The notes under the pieces were generated by a model that was not told where the DNA came from, did no database searches, and saw only the letters and a list, made by a program, of their open reading frames with translations. From assembly GCA_040954595.2 (NCBI GenBank), contig CM082598.2:9997097-10061096 (forward strand): a DNA stretch of 64,000 bases, written 5' to 3'. Position 1 is the stretch's first letter. The number at the start of each line of letters is the position of its first letter. Source of the DNA: Balanoglossus misakiensis. Lineage: Eukaryota > Animalia > Hemichordata. Both the position numbers and the translations under genes were made by a program. Below, one piece after another: positions 10,588-21,792 of this stretch.

Positions 10588-11081
10588 GGATCTGGTGCTC
10601 TCTACGGCGCTAACGATACCCCCTGGGCGATACCATTATTTCTTAGGGGAGGCCGAGGGGGGTGTGAGGGTGGATGTGAAAGTGGTAATTGAGTGTGACC
10701 AACAATAAAAGACTTAAATGCTGTGTCGTCTATATATATGTGTCGAATATTTTATTTAAAAAAATCCAACTATATAAATGTTTAGGGTTAGGGTTAGGAT
10801 CAGGGTTAGGATTAGGGTTAGGGTTAGGATCAGGGTTAGGAATAGGGTTAGGGTTAGGATCAGGGTTAGAAATAGGGTTAGGATTAGGCTTCGGGTTAGG
10901 GTACAGTTTGAACACCTTTATCGGTATAAAATGTTCGGTAGAATTTATTTATTGTTGACCATGATAGCACTGACGTGTTGACACACGCAATTATCCACCC
11001 AAACATTCACGCACACGCCCCCCTAAGAAATAATGGTATCGCCCGGGGGGTATCGTTAGCGCCGTAGAGAGCACCAGATCC
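10588..11081. mobile_element. MITE with ~60-bp TIRs (GGATCTGGTGCTCTCTACGG...), 8-bp TSD GCCTAACC and an internal telomere-like array
   Basis: TIRs at 10588-10649 and ~11018-11081; TSD at 10580-10587 and 11082-11089. GG ends with an 8-bp TSD are compatible with Merlin-like elements (inference). Confidence 0.8.
10781..10902 (+). repeat. Degenerate (TTAGGG)n array with a 30-bp higher-order unit TTAGGGTTAGGGTTAGGATCAGGGTTAGGA
   Basis: Read directly from the sequence; about 20 hexamers. Confidence 0.9.
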
Positions 11082-11609
11082 GCCTAACCGGGCCGAGTTG
11101 TTTTTTTTCATAATCGCATCTCCCCTAGATCAGTAGATGATAAGGTAGACATATGTACGTTTATTTTGAAGGGTACGGGGATACAGAGTTGTACCCAGGC
11201 TGACACAGCAAAGCCGTTTAGATCACAGGCATGTATGGTTGCAATTCAACCACTGCAATGTACAGTGCTAAGTCTGTTGCAAACGTAAATGGGTTTCTCT
11301 TGTGACGTCACGGAAATGGGCGTGGCCAAAACAGAACTTTTTTCTCAGGCCCTGAACATTTTTAAATTTAACATTTATTTATCCATATGAAATAAGTAAA
11401 AGGACACCAGCATTTAACACACAAGCCCAATTATTATTTATCCTCAAAAGTGTGTTTCAAGGTAAGATAGGCTCTTTAAAGGCTGGTGATTGTGTTATAC
11501 ACATGTGTGTAATATTATGTGTACAAACATTACGTCCAATCCAAATGTTCTGCAAATTTTGCGTTCGATGCATTCAAATAGTGGACTGCCTTTGCTTCCT
11601 TCCATATTT

Positions 11610-11762
11610 CATGCACGCAGAAGGAAACTTAAGTTTTTCACCCAATTTGCTGTCTTTTTCTGATCTCCAACACAGATTATGGTCACTGCCATCTTGTCTG
11701 TTGTAATAGGACAGCACATGCCTTATGGCATTGACTTTGTACAATTTTTGTAACCAGAGTCT
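11610..11762 (+). repeat. Diverged dispersed repeat (second copy at ~13930-14082)
   Basis: Shared blocks CAGA(T/C)TATGGTC, TCTTGTCTGTTGTA, GGACAGCACA, GCCTTATGGCATTGAC and TGTAACCAGAG. Confidence 0.6.
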
Positions 11763-13448
11763 CATGTTGTTGGCCAAAGAGTGCCCACATTTGTCAGATA
11801 GGGTATAGATAATATGTTGGTCTTAAAAATCGCATCAATGCAGTTGTTAAATAGAACAGTTTTATTTGCATTGACATCACTTATCTCAAATTGAAAAATG
11901 TTTCATCTGGCCTATGGGTGGGGGTATTTACATCCATATAATGCATATTGATATATATGTTCGCACCCACTAGCAAAATGGGGACCAGTGCCCCTTAAAA
12001 TGATGTCACTCACCCGTTGGAGATATTTCATCTCCCTCCCCCCTTGCCAGAGTGGAATCCCCTCCAAATATTCTGGCAATGGGAGACTGTGTTTGTGATG
12101 TTGAAATTAAGTCAGTGATTGGGAAGTCAAGCGCCCTGCGCCATAGTCGCATTGAACTGAAATGTGACGCATTGAAATTTGTTACTTTGAGTCCGAAATA
12201 CTTAGGAAAAAAATTTTTGTTTAGCATCCTCGCCTATGAGGCCATCAAGGCGTCCTATAAATAGCCTCATTTTATGGTGCCCATAGTAACACTACAAATT
12301 GCAACAAGTAACGCAGCTCAGCGTACCGATCGCAACAAGTTATCTAAACTTGACGAAAGATGTAGCAACTTTTGTTGGAGGTCATGCCATGCGTTCGAAC
12401 GCGTCTGCAAAATACTTAACTTGTACACAGGATAGCAGACGGCAGACACCCGTGATGTCGATTTTGAGAGGCCGTAGTGATGTCAAAAAGAAGCATAAAA
12501 GGAAGGCATCTCTTTTCAGCAGCAAGACTGTCGTTTCCATCATCAATTTGTGGATTTTATCAAGCATAAAATCTTCGCTTTTGCTCACTTTTGCTCGTCA
12601 TGTTAAAGTTGTATGTCGCATACATAGTCAAAGCATGCCTTGCATGCTATTGTGTTATCCAATCAAGTGAGAAAAATAGCAAACATTGTTTTCAAACTTG
12701 TCCCTGTACAGCCATTCTTCAATTAATGAGTATGGTTTTAGTATAACCCAGGCAAAATCTACATCAAAATGTCTGACTATTTCCACTGACTTCGATAAAC
12801 ATGACTGCATATGCATGGCACACATAGAGTATAATGCAATTCCTTTATTAAAATTATGTAAAATGACGTCACAACTTAAACCTATGCAGGCTACTCCAGT
12901 ACCGTGGCAACCTTTTTCTTGAAGCTAGACTACCTAAATCATTCATAATCCCTCATTATGTAAACAAGACGTCAATTTTGAAATTTTCCTAGGAAGCTAA
13001 ACAAAACTTTTTTTTGCTTAAATAGTACATAATAGTGACAAAGCTGAGAAACAGCTTGCGAGACTCCTGCTGATTCGACTTGAAGGAAAAAAACTTTCAC
13101 ACCAATACCTTTGGAGACATTTGCATGGAAAGAAGAGACTGATAAACACATGTTATATAGACATGTAAATGACAATATAAACAATTTTGAACTGATGATA
13201 TTTTGCATCTAAATTTCATTCGATTTTTTTGTCGATACTGTAGGGCTCATTACAAATTTTGAATGTCCCATTGAAGTTCAAAATGGCCCATTCATTTTGG
13301 CTGGGATGGGGCCATTGGCGTATTGGTGTTTTCAGACTTCCCAATCACTGATTAAGTGAGGTCGTCTCACTACTATGCTGGGAGTCATTGAAACCGATTT
13401 GAAATAAGAGCCTGCATGACTTCACCTCTCCCTCTGTCCATATTGCAG

Positions 13449-13539
13449 ACTTGGTGTCAAACCAGAACCACCGCCAACAACAAGTGTCAAAGAAAATAAA
13501 CCAGTCACTGTAGCTGCAATCACTGGACCCAAGGCCCTG
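13449..13539 (+). pseudogene. Linker exon preceding SH3 in the NCF4-like gene
   Basis: attgcag|A CTT GGT...GCC CTG|gtaag. Encodes LGVKPEPPPTTSVKENKPVTVAAITGPKAL and joins in frame to ALYDF of the next exon. Confidence 0.7.
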
Positions 13540-14206
13540 GTAAGCATGTTGAATTTTTATTGAATAAATGGACTGATAGACTTTTATAGACAGGAACACA
13601 GTCAGTGACATACAGGGGAAGAGAGGGGTGGACAATGGCAGACAGGGGAGGGGGTGTATTGACACAGACTATATAGGAGACAGGGAGACCATGACAAGAC
13701 TGCAAATCAAGAAATCAGGGTTACAGATTCGAGGTCAACTTGATCTACATGTAGCTTATCAGTGTATTTTCTCTGAGTCAGCCCTATTGTGCCTTTGCAT
13801 GTAGTGTGGATAATTTTCTTGGGTCACCAGTGAGTTTATTGAGTCAGATCAGTGGCACGTTATACAGGCTTAGAGGACACACTGGCCTTTATCCAAATAC
13901 GTGTATGGTCAACCAGGACGTTATTCTGTAATGCACGCGCATGGGTAAAGCTGTTAAATTTGTTCTGTATGCAAAATGCATACAGTGGTCCCAGACTATG
14001 GTCCCGCCCTCTTGTCTGTTGTATTGTAAGGACAGCACACAGCCTTATGGCATTGACCGTGTACAAATATTGTAACCAGAGATCTCTGGTTTGACACATC
14101 CGATATGCGCATAAGACGAACACCATCGCCCTTTAAATGTTTTGATATTTCATGCAAAGGTTTCATTTTGGTACCAACACTGCTGTGTGTTGTTTAAACA
14201 CCACAG

Positions 14207-14305
14207 GCCCTGTATGACTTTGTTGCAACGACTAGCGGAGAATTGAGTTTCAAGAAAGGTGATGTCATTCCAATAACCGGAAGAATTGATGCAAGTTGGA
14301 TTGAA
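14207..14305 (+). pseudogene. SH3-domain exon (first two thirds) of the NCF4-like gene
   Basis: caccacag|...|gtaag, 99 nt, phase 0-0. [33 protein letters not shown] follows the canonical SH3 ALYDF...ELSF.KGD.I...W pattern. Confidence 0.85.
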
Positions 14306-14831
14306 GTAAGAATATCATTTTATTATGTTATTTCCTGGAGAATGGAGTATAAAATGAAATAGAGACTTTGAAGATGAAATTTTAATAAGGTTCCAGAATT
14401 TGCACTGATGCAAATGCAAAATCAGCGTCGCGTCCACAGGACGTTCTATACGTGGGCGCATTTCAATGTCACGAAGTTTTGGAGCAAGACTGAAGTAGAT
14501 TAATTCTTGCGGGGATATGCATTTCTGTTGCGGAGAAAAGACTTGAATAATGCCCCAACTTTCGGCAAAATTGTTTTTGTTTTTTTTCGCTGTGTCCATT
14601 CTGCCATAAAATTAATTGTCATGATCGAAATAAAAGAATGCATAAAGCCAGTTTTGTAGCTGCATTGAAATCTAAATGAAATATTATCGTTGTTTGATCG
14701 GGGCATCCATTGGACATAAACAGTTTCCTAACGTACTTCGATCTTCCAATAGGAGTTTGTCCCTGATAGTATAAACCTGCTATATCATCTTATGGAGAGG
14801 TAATTCTTGCTTGTACAGGTGAACGCGTACA

Positions 14832-15272
14832 ATGAGGTTGCTGTTTGTCGTATCTGCTCTTCTGGTCATCTTGAATCGTGGCCTCGAAGCCGGGCACCCA
14901 TTTCGTTCTCAGCCATGGGTTTGTTCGTCTGCCCAAATCACGGCTTACAATGACGCCATATACGACATTGTCCAAACGCACGGCGTGGAGTGTTTCGACG
15001 AGATCATGACGTTACCCGACATATTGGAAAAGGAGGATCCGATTCACACAACGAGGTTCTTGAAAGTTGTCGGCAGCTACATCGGACCATCCAAGACATT
15101 CAGAGCTGTGGACATTGTGATTGACAAGTTGGACACACTGACAAGCCTGGTAAAGCCAAATAAGAACTTTAAAAAAAGACAATTATGGATAATATTTTCC
15201 CTAGGCATTCCGAACGAGTGTGGTGGAGTAATCGAAGACGAGTGCATGGTTCTAGTAACTAGACAAGTATAG
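14832..15272 (+). CDS. Putative secreted protein of unknown function (146 aa, signal peptide, 4 Cys)
   Basis: MRLLFVVSALLVILNRGLEA is signal-peptide-like. TATAAA at ~14770 and a possible acceptor tgtacag| at 14818. Protein-like composition, no recognised domain. Confidence 0.5.
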   Translation: MRLLFVVSALLVILNRGLEAGHPFRSQPWVCSSAQITAYNDAIYDIVQTHGVECFDEIMTLPDILEKEDPIHTTRFLKVVGSYIGPSKTFRAVDIVIDKLDTLTSLVKPNKNFKKRQLWIIFSLGIPNECGGVIEDECMVLVTRQV

Positions 15273-15752
15273 AATTTTGGCGACTGTGTCAGAACATCCA
15301 TTTAGTGTTGGATATGGGTTGTGAGAACGCCAGAAATTCCATCCAAAATCACCAATTCACGCTCACTCCCGTCTCTTCATCACCTTCATCATCCGACCAG
15401 CAGACCAACTAATGTATCCCACCACTAAACATGACAACTTTTGCCTGATAGGCGAGGTGGTGAATATCGCATCGATGACAATTCACAGACGAGCAGCCTA
15501 TAGCACTGTAAGATTCAATTTCCCGGTGGTGACTTGCGGGTCCATGATGCACTGTACATATCGTGTGATATCACCTGTTTAACTTTTCCTCTCTGTTACT
15601 TATTGCTATAAGATTAGTCCATGATTGTTTCTGTTTGCATTTCACAGGGGTCCAAGATATCCGATGACGAACTGGTTAGAGGCTGCATGAATTGCACACT
15701 TCACATGTACAGACTCGTCGAAACCTTGATGTAAGTTTGAAGAGAATATTAA

Positions 15753-16021
15753 AGGGACAAAGTTGCTCTCTCGCCCATTTTCCCGTTTTTTTGTATTTTA
15801 ATAATACAAGAAACCGACGGTTTATGTTATTCTACATGTGGATATATAGTGAATCAACGTTCACCACACACAGATTCAATCCCACTTGTAGTCACAAGAG
15901 TGAAAAACTCACCAAAATGAATACTCGGTCTCTACTACTAGTATATATCCACATGTAGAATAAACGTTACCTTGTATTATAATTAATGGGAAAAAGGGAG
16001 CGAGAGAGAGACTTTGTCACT
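15753..16021. mobile_element. Kolobok-type MITE (TTAA TSD, AGGGACAAA TIR)
   Basis: ttaa|AGGGACAAAG...CTTTGTCACT|ttaa. Internal sequence is shared with 2513-2858. Confidence 0.75.
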
Positions 16022-16735
16022 TTAAATATTCTATTAGTATCTGTCCATATATTCAATATATTAATCAGGTTAACATTATTCCAATTCTCTCCGATATTGA
16101 TTTCATCTCAAAGTCAAAAATGGGATTTGATCTGCAAAAAGAATGGGCGAACAAGCCATACTAGTTTTGCATACAATCTCCAGTTCTACCAGCTTGACCC
16201 TGAACCATTATCCGCCAGTTTTCGGAATGTGGTTTGTTTTGCTATTAAATTAAAATATTAATTCTCGTATACAGGAAAAGAAAACAGCGACTGACAATTT
16301 GTTGTCTTTCTTCAATAGGTGTGCCCAGAGAAAGTCTCCGAGTTTATACACTGGCATCCAGAGGGAAACGTCACATTTTTGGCAAATGCTGAATATTGTT
16401 CCTACACACGTATCGACGATACCGACAACTGTTACTGCAAGTACTATCATCCAGAACAGAATCTGGAGTATTTACAGCATCTCGAAGTTTAATACTGAGA
16501 CCATTTTCAGAACTCCAAGAGAGATCTCGCCTGGCTAAGCAGTTTGTACGGGAGGGCATTCTCATGTGATACACAAACAAAACACGGCACAAAAGTTACA
16601 TTTTTTGTTAAACTCAGTACCTATTCTAATTTCATACAAAGCTTGACTTGTATTACAGAGAAACTTTACTGGATAGTAAACTCCAAATCTCACGAATTTC
16701 GGCAAACTAGTGCAAAAAGAGGATTTAACATTTTT

Positions 16736-17739
16736 AGGTCCCATTGGTATAGGCCTATATACCATGGGACCTTATGGGATGGGTTGCGTCTGTATGTATG
16801 GATGGATGGATGGATGTATGTATGGATGTATGTCCGTCCACATCAAAAACTTGAAAACTGCTGCGCGTATCACCTCAATATTTGGTGTGTAGGTGCAGGC
16901 TGGGCTGTAGATGGGAGTTTGCCCAAACGAAGTTGCCAGGCCCAAAAAGATGCAAATTAGTTTGTAAAATGTGAAATTGATCAAAACTCTGTAACTCAAC
17001 AATTACTGGTCAGATTGCTTTGAAAATTGATATGTATGTACCTTATGTCAACCTCACACTGACCTGTAAGTGTTAAGTTGATATCATGGATGTTTTATTT
17101 TTTATGAATTTTTATTAAATTTATACCTTTACTTATACCTCTATGGTTAAGCTATGTCCACGTCTTATTGTGGAATTCTGGTCTGTGCAATAGTCCTGTA
17201 CAGTGACTGTCTATTGGCTAGTGAGCACAATGGGGCCAAAATAAAAGGCAAATTTTTGGGCTCACCTGTAACACCTGCTTAACACATTAATTATGTGCAT
17301 ACCTAATTCTGGGCTAATTAATAGGGCTAGAGGTTTCGTTCTTGTGGGACATGGACCAGTATAGGGTCAAAATTTCTTGCCCAAATTTTGGGTGACCTCA
17401 GGTGACCTTTGACCTACTTTCCTATATCTGGGCATCCGGAGCAGGTACAGACTTGGCGTTTGGAGGGTTGGGACTAAAATTGAAAAGCCAAAATATGGGT
17501 CACCTGTGACACCTGCATATCTCATTAATTATGTGCATACCTAATTACAGGCTTACCAATAGGTTGGGTTTTTGTTCAACATGGACCAGTATAGGGTCAA
17601 AATTTCTTGCCCAAATTTTGCATGACCTCAGGTGACCTTTGACCTACTTTTCCATATCTTGGCATCCAGAGCAGATATGCTTATTGCTATGTTGCTAAGC
17701 GCTATGTCCTCAAATGGGACCACAGTGTCCTTGACGCTA
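16736..17739 (+). mobile_element. Helentron-associated non-autonomous element (HINE/DINE-1-like)
   Basis: Inserted in a T-run. 5' subterminal GGTCCCA with a nearby inverted TGGGACC, a (GTAT/GGAT)n microsatellite at 16790-16832, an internal ~240-bp tandem duplication (17270-17440 vs 17510-17680), and a 3' ATGGGACC followed by the hairpin AGTGTC-CTT-GACGCT and a T-run. Confidence 0.7.
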
Positions 17740-17885
17740 TTTTTTTTCAAGTTCAACAACTAAACTGAGCTGCCATCAATCCATGACGACACTCGCCGAC
17801 TCAATCTTGTGTATATTTATGTATGCATGCATGTACCAGATTAAAACAGAAGATCGAATGACACAATTGCTTCTAATAAATGCTC

Positions 17886-17891
17886 TTTATT
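17886..17891 (-). promoter_or_regulatory. Candidate polyadenylation signal of the INTS1 3' end
   Basis: AATAAA on the - strand ~320 nt after the INTS1 stop codon. Confidence 0.45.
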
Positions 17892-18212
17892 CTTAATTTT
17901 AGTGTGAATTCTTAAATCAAGCAATGATCTCTCTGTATCAGTGTGACTATCCATATCACTCAATGAAATGTCATATTTCTTCTCTCAAAATTCAATATGC
18001 ACAGAGGACTTAATAGAGGAAAAAACATTACTGAGCCTCAGATGTCAGTTGACGTATGACCTGACTGTGGGCATGTATGAGAGTCCATCACAAAAAGTAA
18101 AGAAAAGACTATTTCCATGAAGAACTGCTGTGTGTAGTAGTGGTTATATAACGACAAGATTTGAAAGATATTTTTCCCAGCTATTAATAAAGTCCACGCA
18201 AGGGGGTTCACT

Positions 18213-18337
18213 TTATGAATACACTGTGACTGATTCCATATTCAACAGTTGCAGAGTCTCTGCTATGATGGGTGCCGTGTCAAGCTTGGTGTTAATTCCA
18301 ACGATGAATGCTTTCTGCAGTAAAACATTTGCATACT
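18213..18337 (-). CDS. INTS1: INTS1 terminal coding exon
   Basis: tttcag|AG TAT...TCA TAA. EYANVLLQKAFIVGINTKLDTAPIIAETLQLLNMESVTVYS* vs human C-terminus EHAAVLLHRAFLVGMYGQMDPSAQISEALRILHMEAVM (from memory). Confidence 0.85.
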
Positions 18338-18864
18338 CTGAAACAAAAGAAAACAAAAGATCAGATGATCTGCGTTGACAAGGTATCAACTTACACTCAA
18401 AATTGTAATTATTGGCAACAAGACTGTCTAATTCTACTATTGGCTGCACTGTGCTAACCAGTAAGTTCAGGTGTACACGCAAAATCCATTTGACCGAGAA
18501 TCTGGGTGAAATAGGCTGTTACATGATGGCAAAGTCAAGATGATTACTGATGTCAAAACAATGCAAATTTATGCAATTGAAAGACTAGTTTTGTTTCATT
18601 TTACATTGTTGTAAAGTCTTCATTATTTAAAACTGTGAAAATCTCACAAAAGAAATCTCTATTTACTGATCAGAATGCTTGATATGCTGGCCAATGGCAG
18701 CCATAATTGTTCAATTCTGACACTTTCTGTGAGCACAACAGTGGTTTAGAGAAATAGACTATCAACCACTGACCTAGAAACATTACACTTTCTCGTTTTG
18801 CTTCAGAATGGGAACATTTTAATTCTTTTAGAAACTCAATTCAGACGATCATAATAGGCCTTAC

Positions 18865-18974
18865 CTTGGCACAACAGAGCAAACTCAGGTAGATGTTGTA
18901 AAGCTACATTGACGACACTCTGGTCACTACTATGCAGACAATCAATGATGGCTGGCAGGAGTTCCTTGGCAGTG
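18865..18974 (-). CDS. INTS1: INTS1 penultimate coding exon
   Basis: caacag|...CAAG|gtaag. STAKELLPAIIDCLHSSDQSVVNVALQHLPEFALLCQ vs human SIAAAFLPTFMYCLGSQDFEVVQTALRNLPEYALLCQ. Phase matches the last exon. Confidence 0.88.
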
Positions 18975-19089
18975 CTGTTGACAAACAGTGGAAAGTCTAA
19001 TAAGTGGAGTACCAATAATCGATATGCCTTTTTCATTTGCCCTTCCAAGACGATGCGAAAATGAGGCCAGAAAGTCATTGAGTAAAAAT

Positions 19090-19557
19090 TCCACCCACAG
19101 CCCTGCAAGGCGCCATAGAAAAAACTGGTGCTTCTGCGGTCCGGATCCGGACCGCAGCTTTTTCGGCCGAAATTCGATTTTATCGAAGCAAAATCCTTTC
19201 CCTGTTTACTTCTGCCTCCTAACCGACTCCAAATATGATGCGATTAACTTGTCCTAACGTCCGAACCACTCGCGTTTGTTTTATTTTTGTGTGTTTACAT
19301 GTTGAGATCGCCATATTAAATATAAGGCTTACAGTGAGTTTATCTCCATGGGTAAACATAAAAGTTTTAGAAAGCGAGCGGTTCGGACGTTAGGACAAGT
19401 TAATCGCATCATATTTGGAGTCGGTTAGGAGGCAGAAGTAGACAGGGAAAGGATTTTGCTTCGATAAAATCGAATTTCGGCCGAAAAAGCTGCGGTCCGG
19501 ATCCGGACCGCAGAAGCACCATTTTTTTCTATGGCGCCTTGCAGGGCTGTGGGTGGA
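19090..19557. mobile_element. Fold-back element: ~185-bp near-perfect inverted arms around a ~100-bp spacer
   Basis: 19090-19274 is the reverse complement of 19375-19557. Each arm contains the perfect palindrome CTGCGGTCCGGATCCGGACCGCAG. No TSD found. Confidence 0.8.
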
Positions 19558-20096
19558 GGCCGTGTAACGCCGGGAACACACAGACCTGTACGCAGAGCTA
19601 TATATAACTACTACTCTTACCCCCCATCAGTGTTTGACCCTCGAAAACAACTAATCCTTAGCCCTGTGAATATACTCGTACATTGACCTTTTGGGGCGGG
19701 ATTCTTTTTTGGCGCGCAACCACTAGTACCAGGCCGCAGACCAGGAACTTATTTGGAAACTTTTAAAAAAATCATACGCCACCGTCTTGATGACTGGCCC
19801 CTATTTTAATAATGGTTTCGTCGTTTCGCTGTTTCGTTGTTTCGCTAAGTATAACTAGCCCTTATTATTTATATTCCCCTGTATATATTCCCCTGTAAAT
19901 GTCTCATAATTTGAGGAATAATATTTTGGAAGCTGAACGGAAGTTGCAACTCAAATCAAATTTCAACTTCTCCAATATATGGAATAACACTATAAGCCTA
20001 CTGACTTGAGAAACTCAAATTGAATTTCAAATTCTCGAACAAACGAAAATATGTTTGAATGTAAGTAATCTTATTATAAAATTGACATGCAATTAC

Positions 20097-20276
20097 CTGT
20101 CGTTGGTGAAGCAAACTGAACAATGGACATGACAAATGATGTTTTCTGTGTAGATTATCAATAAACTGACTCTCATCACTTGATGTTAGGATTTCTTGCA
20201 TTGCCAGAATGATGTGATCACCAGAATTCTCTGATGAATCAAACAATTTCAGCCTGGAGATTTCCCTGGACAGTGT
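20097..20276 (-). pseudogene. INTS1: INTS1 exon E (TLSREISRL...HRKHHLSCPLFSLLHQRQ)
   Basis: cacacag|...CAG|gtaatt, 180 nt. Resembles human ALGQELAR...MHRSHFLACPLLRQLCQYQ. Copies at 28023, 32689, 38833, 44843, 57163 and 63182; deleted in unit 6. Confidence 0.75.
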
Positions 20277-20652
20277 CTGTGTGAGAAATGATGGCAAAAT
20301 ATTAATATCATTTATTAGGAAACCTGGCCAGTCACTGAGAAATCTGTCGGCCTTTACAAAGTATAGTTCATAATCTTCTCATAAAATGATAAAGTTGCCG
20401 CAAAGGTATACAGTCACCTATAATTTACATACGCCCATATATGGCTGAAATGGCGTATTTGAGCGTTCTAAAGGACATATGGCGGCGCTCTTTTTTTCGC
20501 GTGTGCCACCCACTGAAAATCTGTGATTGGCTAGATCTCAAGTTTACCATGGTAACTGTAGTTAAATTACCATAGTTGACAATATACCTTAACATATCAT
20601 ATTTCTTCTGGGAAGTGTAATTGTTTTAAGATCAAATATTACATGTACATAC

Positions 20653-20721
20653 CAATTGTATGCCTCTCAGATATTGTCTTTCCGTTGATGCACTCACTTT
20701 GTGCTCACCAATACTGAATAG
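20653..20721 (-). pseudogene. INTS1: INTS1 69-nt exon D2 (LFSIGEHKVSASTERQYLRGIQL)
   Basis: tttacag|...TTG|gtatgt, phase 0-0. Bridges exons D and E in frame; present in all 8 units. Confidence 0.65.
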
Positions 20722-20840
20722 CTGTAAATATAATCAAAGGAGAAGAAATCACTCACTCATTAGCAATGATACTGCAAAAGTGGAAGTGACTGATTTTGAG
20801 TATGAAGTTGGAAAAGAGTCCCAGTACAGTGTAGAGAGGT

Positions 20841-21792
20841 ATCCTTCGGTTCGACCAGGAAAAAATAATTATTCTTTACAAAAAGACGAAACAATGGGGG
20901 TAAAAATGAGTCAAAGTGCCAGAAAGACCCCCTCGGACATTTATGCAAATTAGGTTCAAATAGGCTTCATGGTGCGATTGAAAATCAACGACACATTTCG
21001 CCACTTGTCCCATTTGTTGTTCCACATCAAATAAATGGAAGATCCGAGAAAATCCACACTTTTCCAGTTTTTGTACAGTCATCCTATAAGTATAAGCGCT
21101 TCTACGGTACCGCCTGTGAGTCTTACAGCTTTGAGACCAGTGCGTAATATACTAGTAGTAAAAGCATACCGGGATGTGGGAACACGCTTTGAGTTGGTCC
21201 CGTGGGACAAAGAAGTTTTTAATTTATTCACGCACAGGGATGTATTTTTAGCCAGACAATGGCAAGACCTAGTTGCCTAGCAATTATCACCATGAACTTT
21301 GCTACAAGTTTCACTATCACTTCCACTGGGCGTCTCAATTTTTTCAGCAGAGCCCCAGCTGCAGTAAGTTCCGACTACCTCAAGGCTTTGCGCATATAAT
21401 TGCCTGTAGGTTTTGGGGCTCCTCATTTTACTGATGACCATCAGCAACAAGGCAAATTGACCGTTGACTAAGCAAGGTGCTAAACATCGCTCTTTTCAGA
21501 GGGGTAATTTTACATGCAAGGTCATTAGAAACTGCCACTTGTATCCCCTCAATTTTCAGCCACCCCCCTGTTACAAAATGACCCCTTTCCTTAATTAACT
21601 ATTCACGCCTGATTTGAGGTCAGACAAGGGTCATTCATTCATGGCGGTTTGAGCTCAGGCCAAGGGGAAAACGGTTACACTTACACGTTTAGCACTAGTC
21701 GAAATTGTAGGGGTTGTAAAATAATTAATTATAGGAAAAATAGTGGGTGGACGAACTAATGGAGTGGTCGAACCGATAGAACGATTACGGTC
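20841..21792. mobile_element. ~950-bp non-autonomous element with short inverted ends, unit 1 only
   Basis: TCGGTTCGACCA (20846) / TGGTCGAACCGA (~21765), flanked by GGTA on both sides. All other units have only TTCCAGATTA here. Confidence 0.6.

Noticed and set aside
10689-10981. GLGLG / PNPNP / RVRVR low-complexity ORFs, or a true telomere
   Set aside because: Translations of an internal degenerate TTAGGG array within a MITE; not at a chromosome end.
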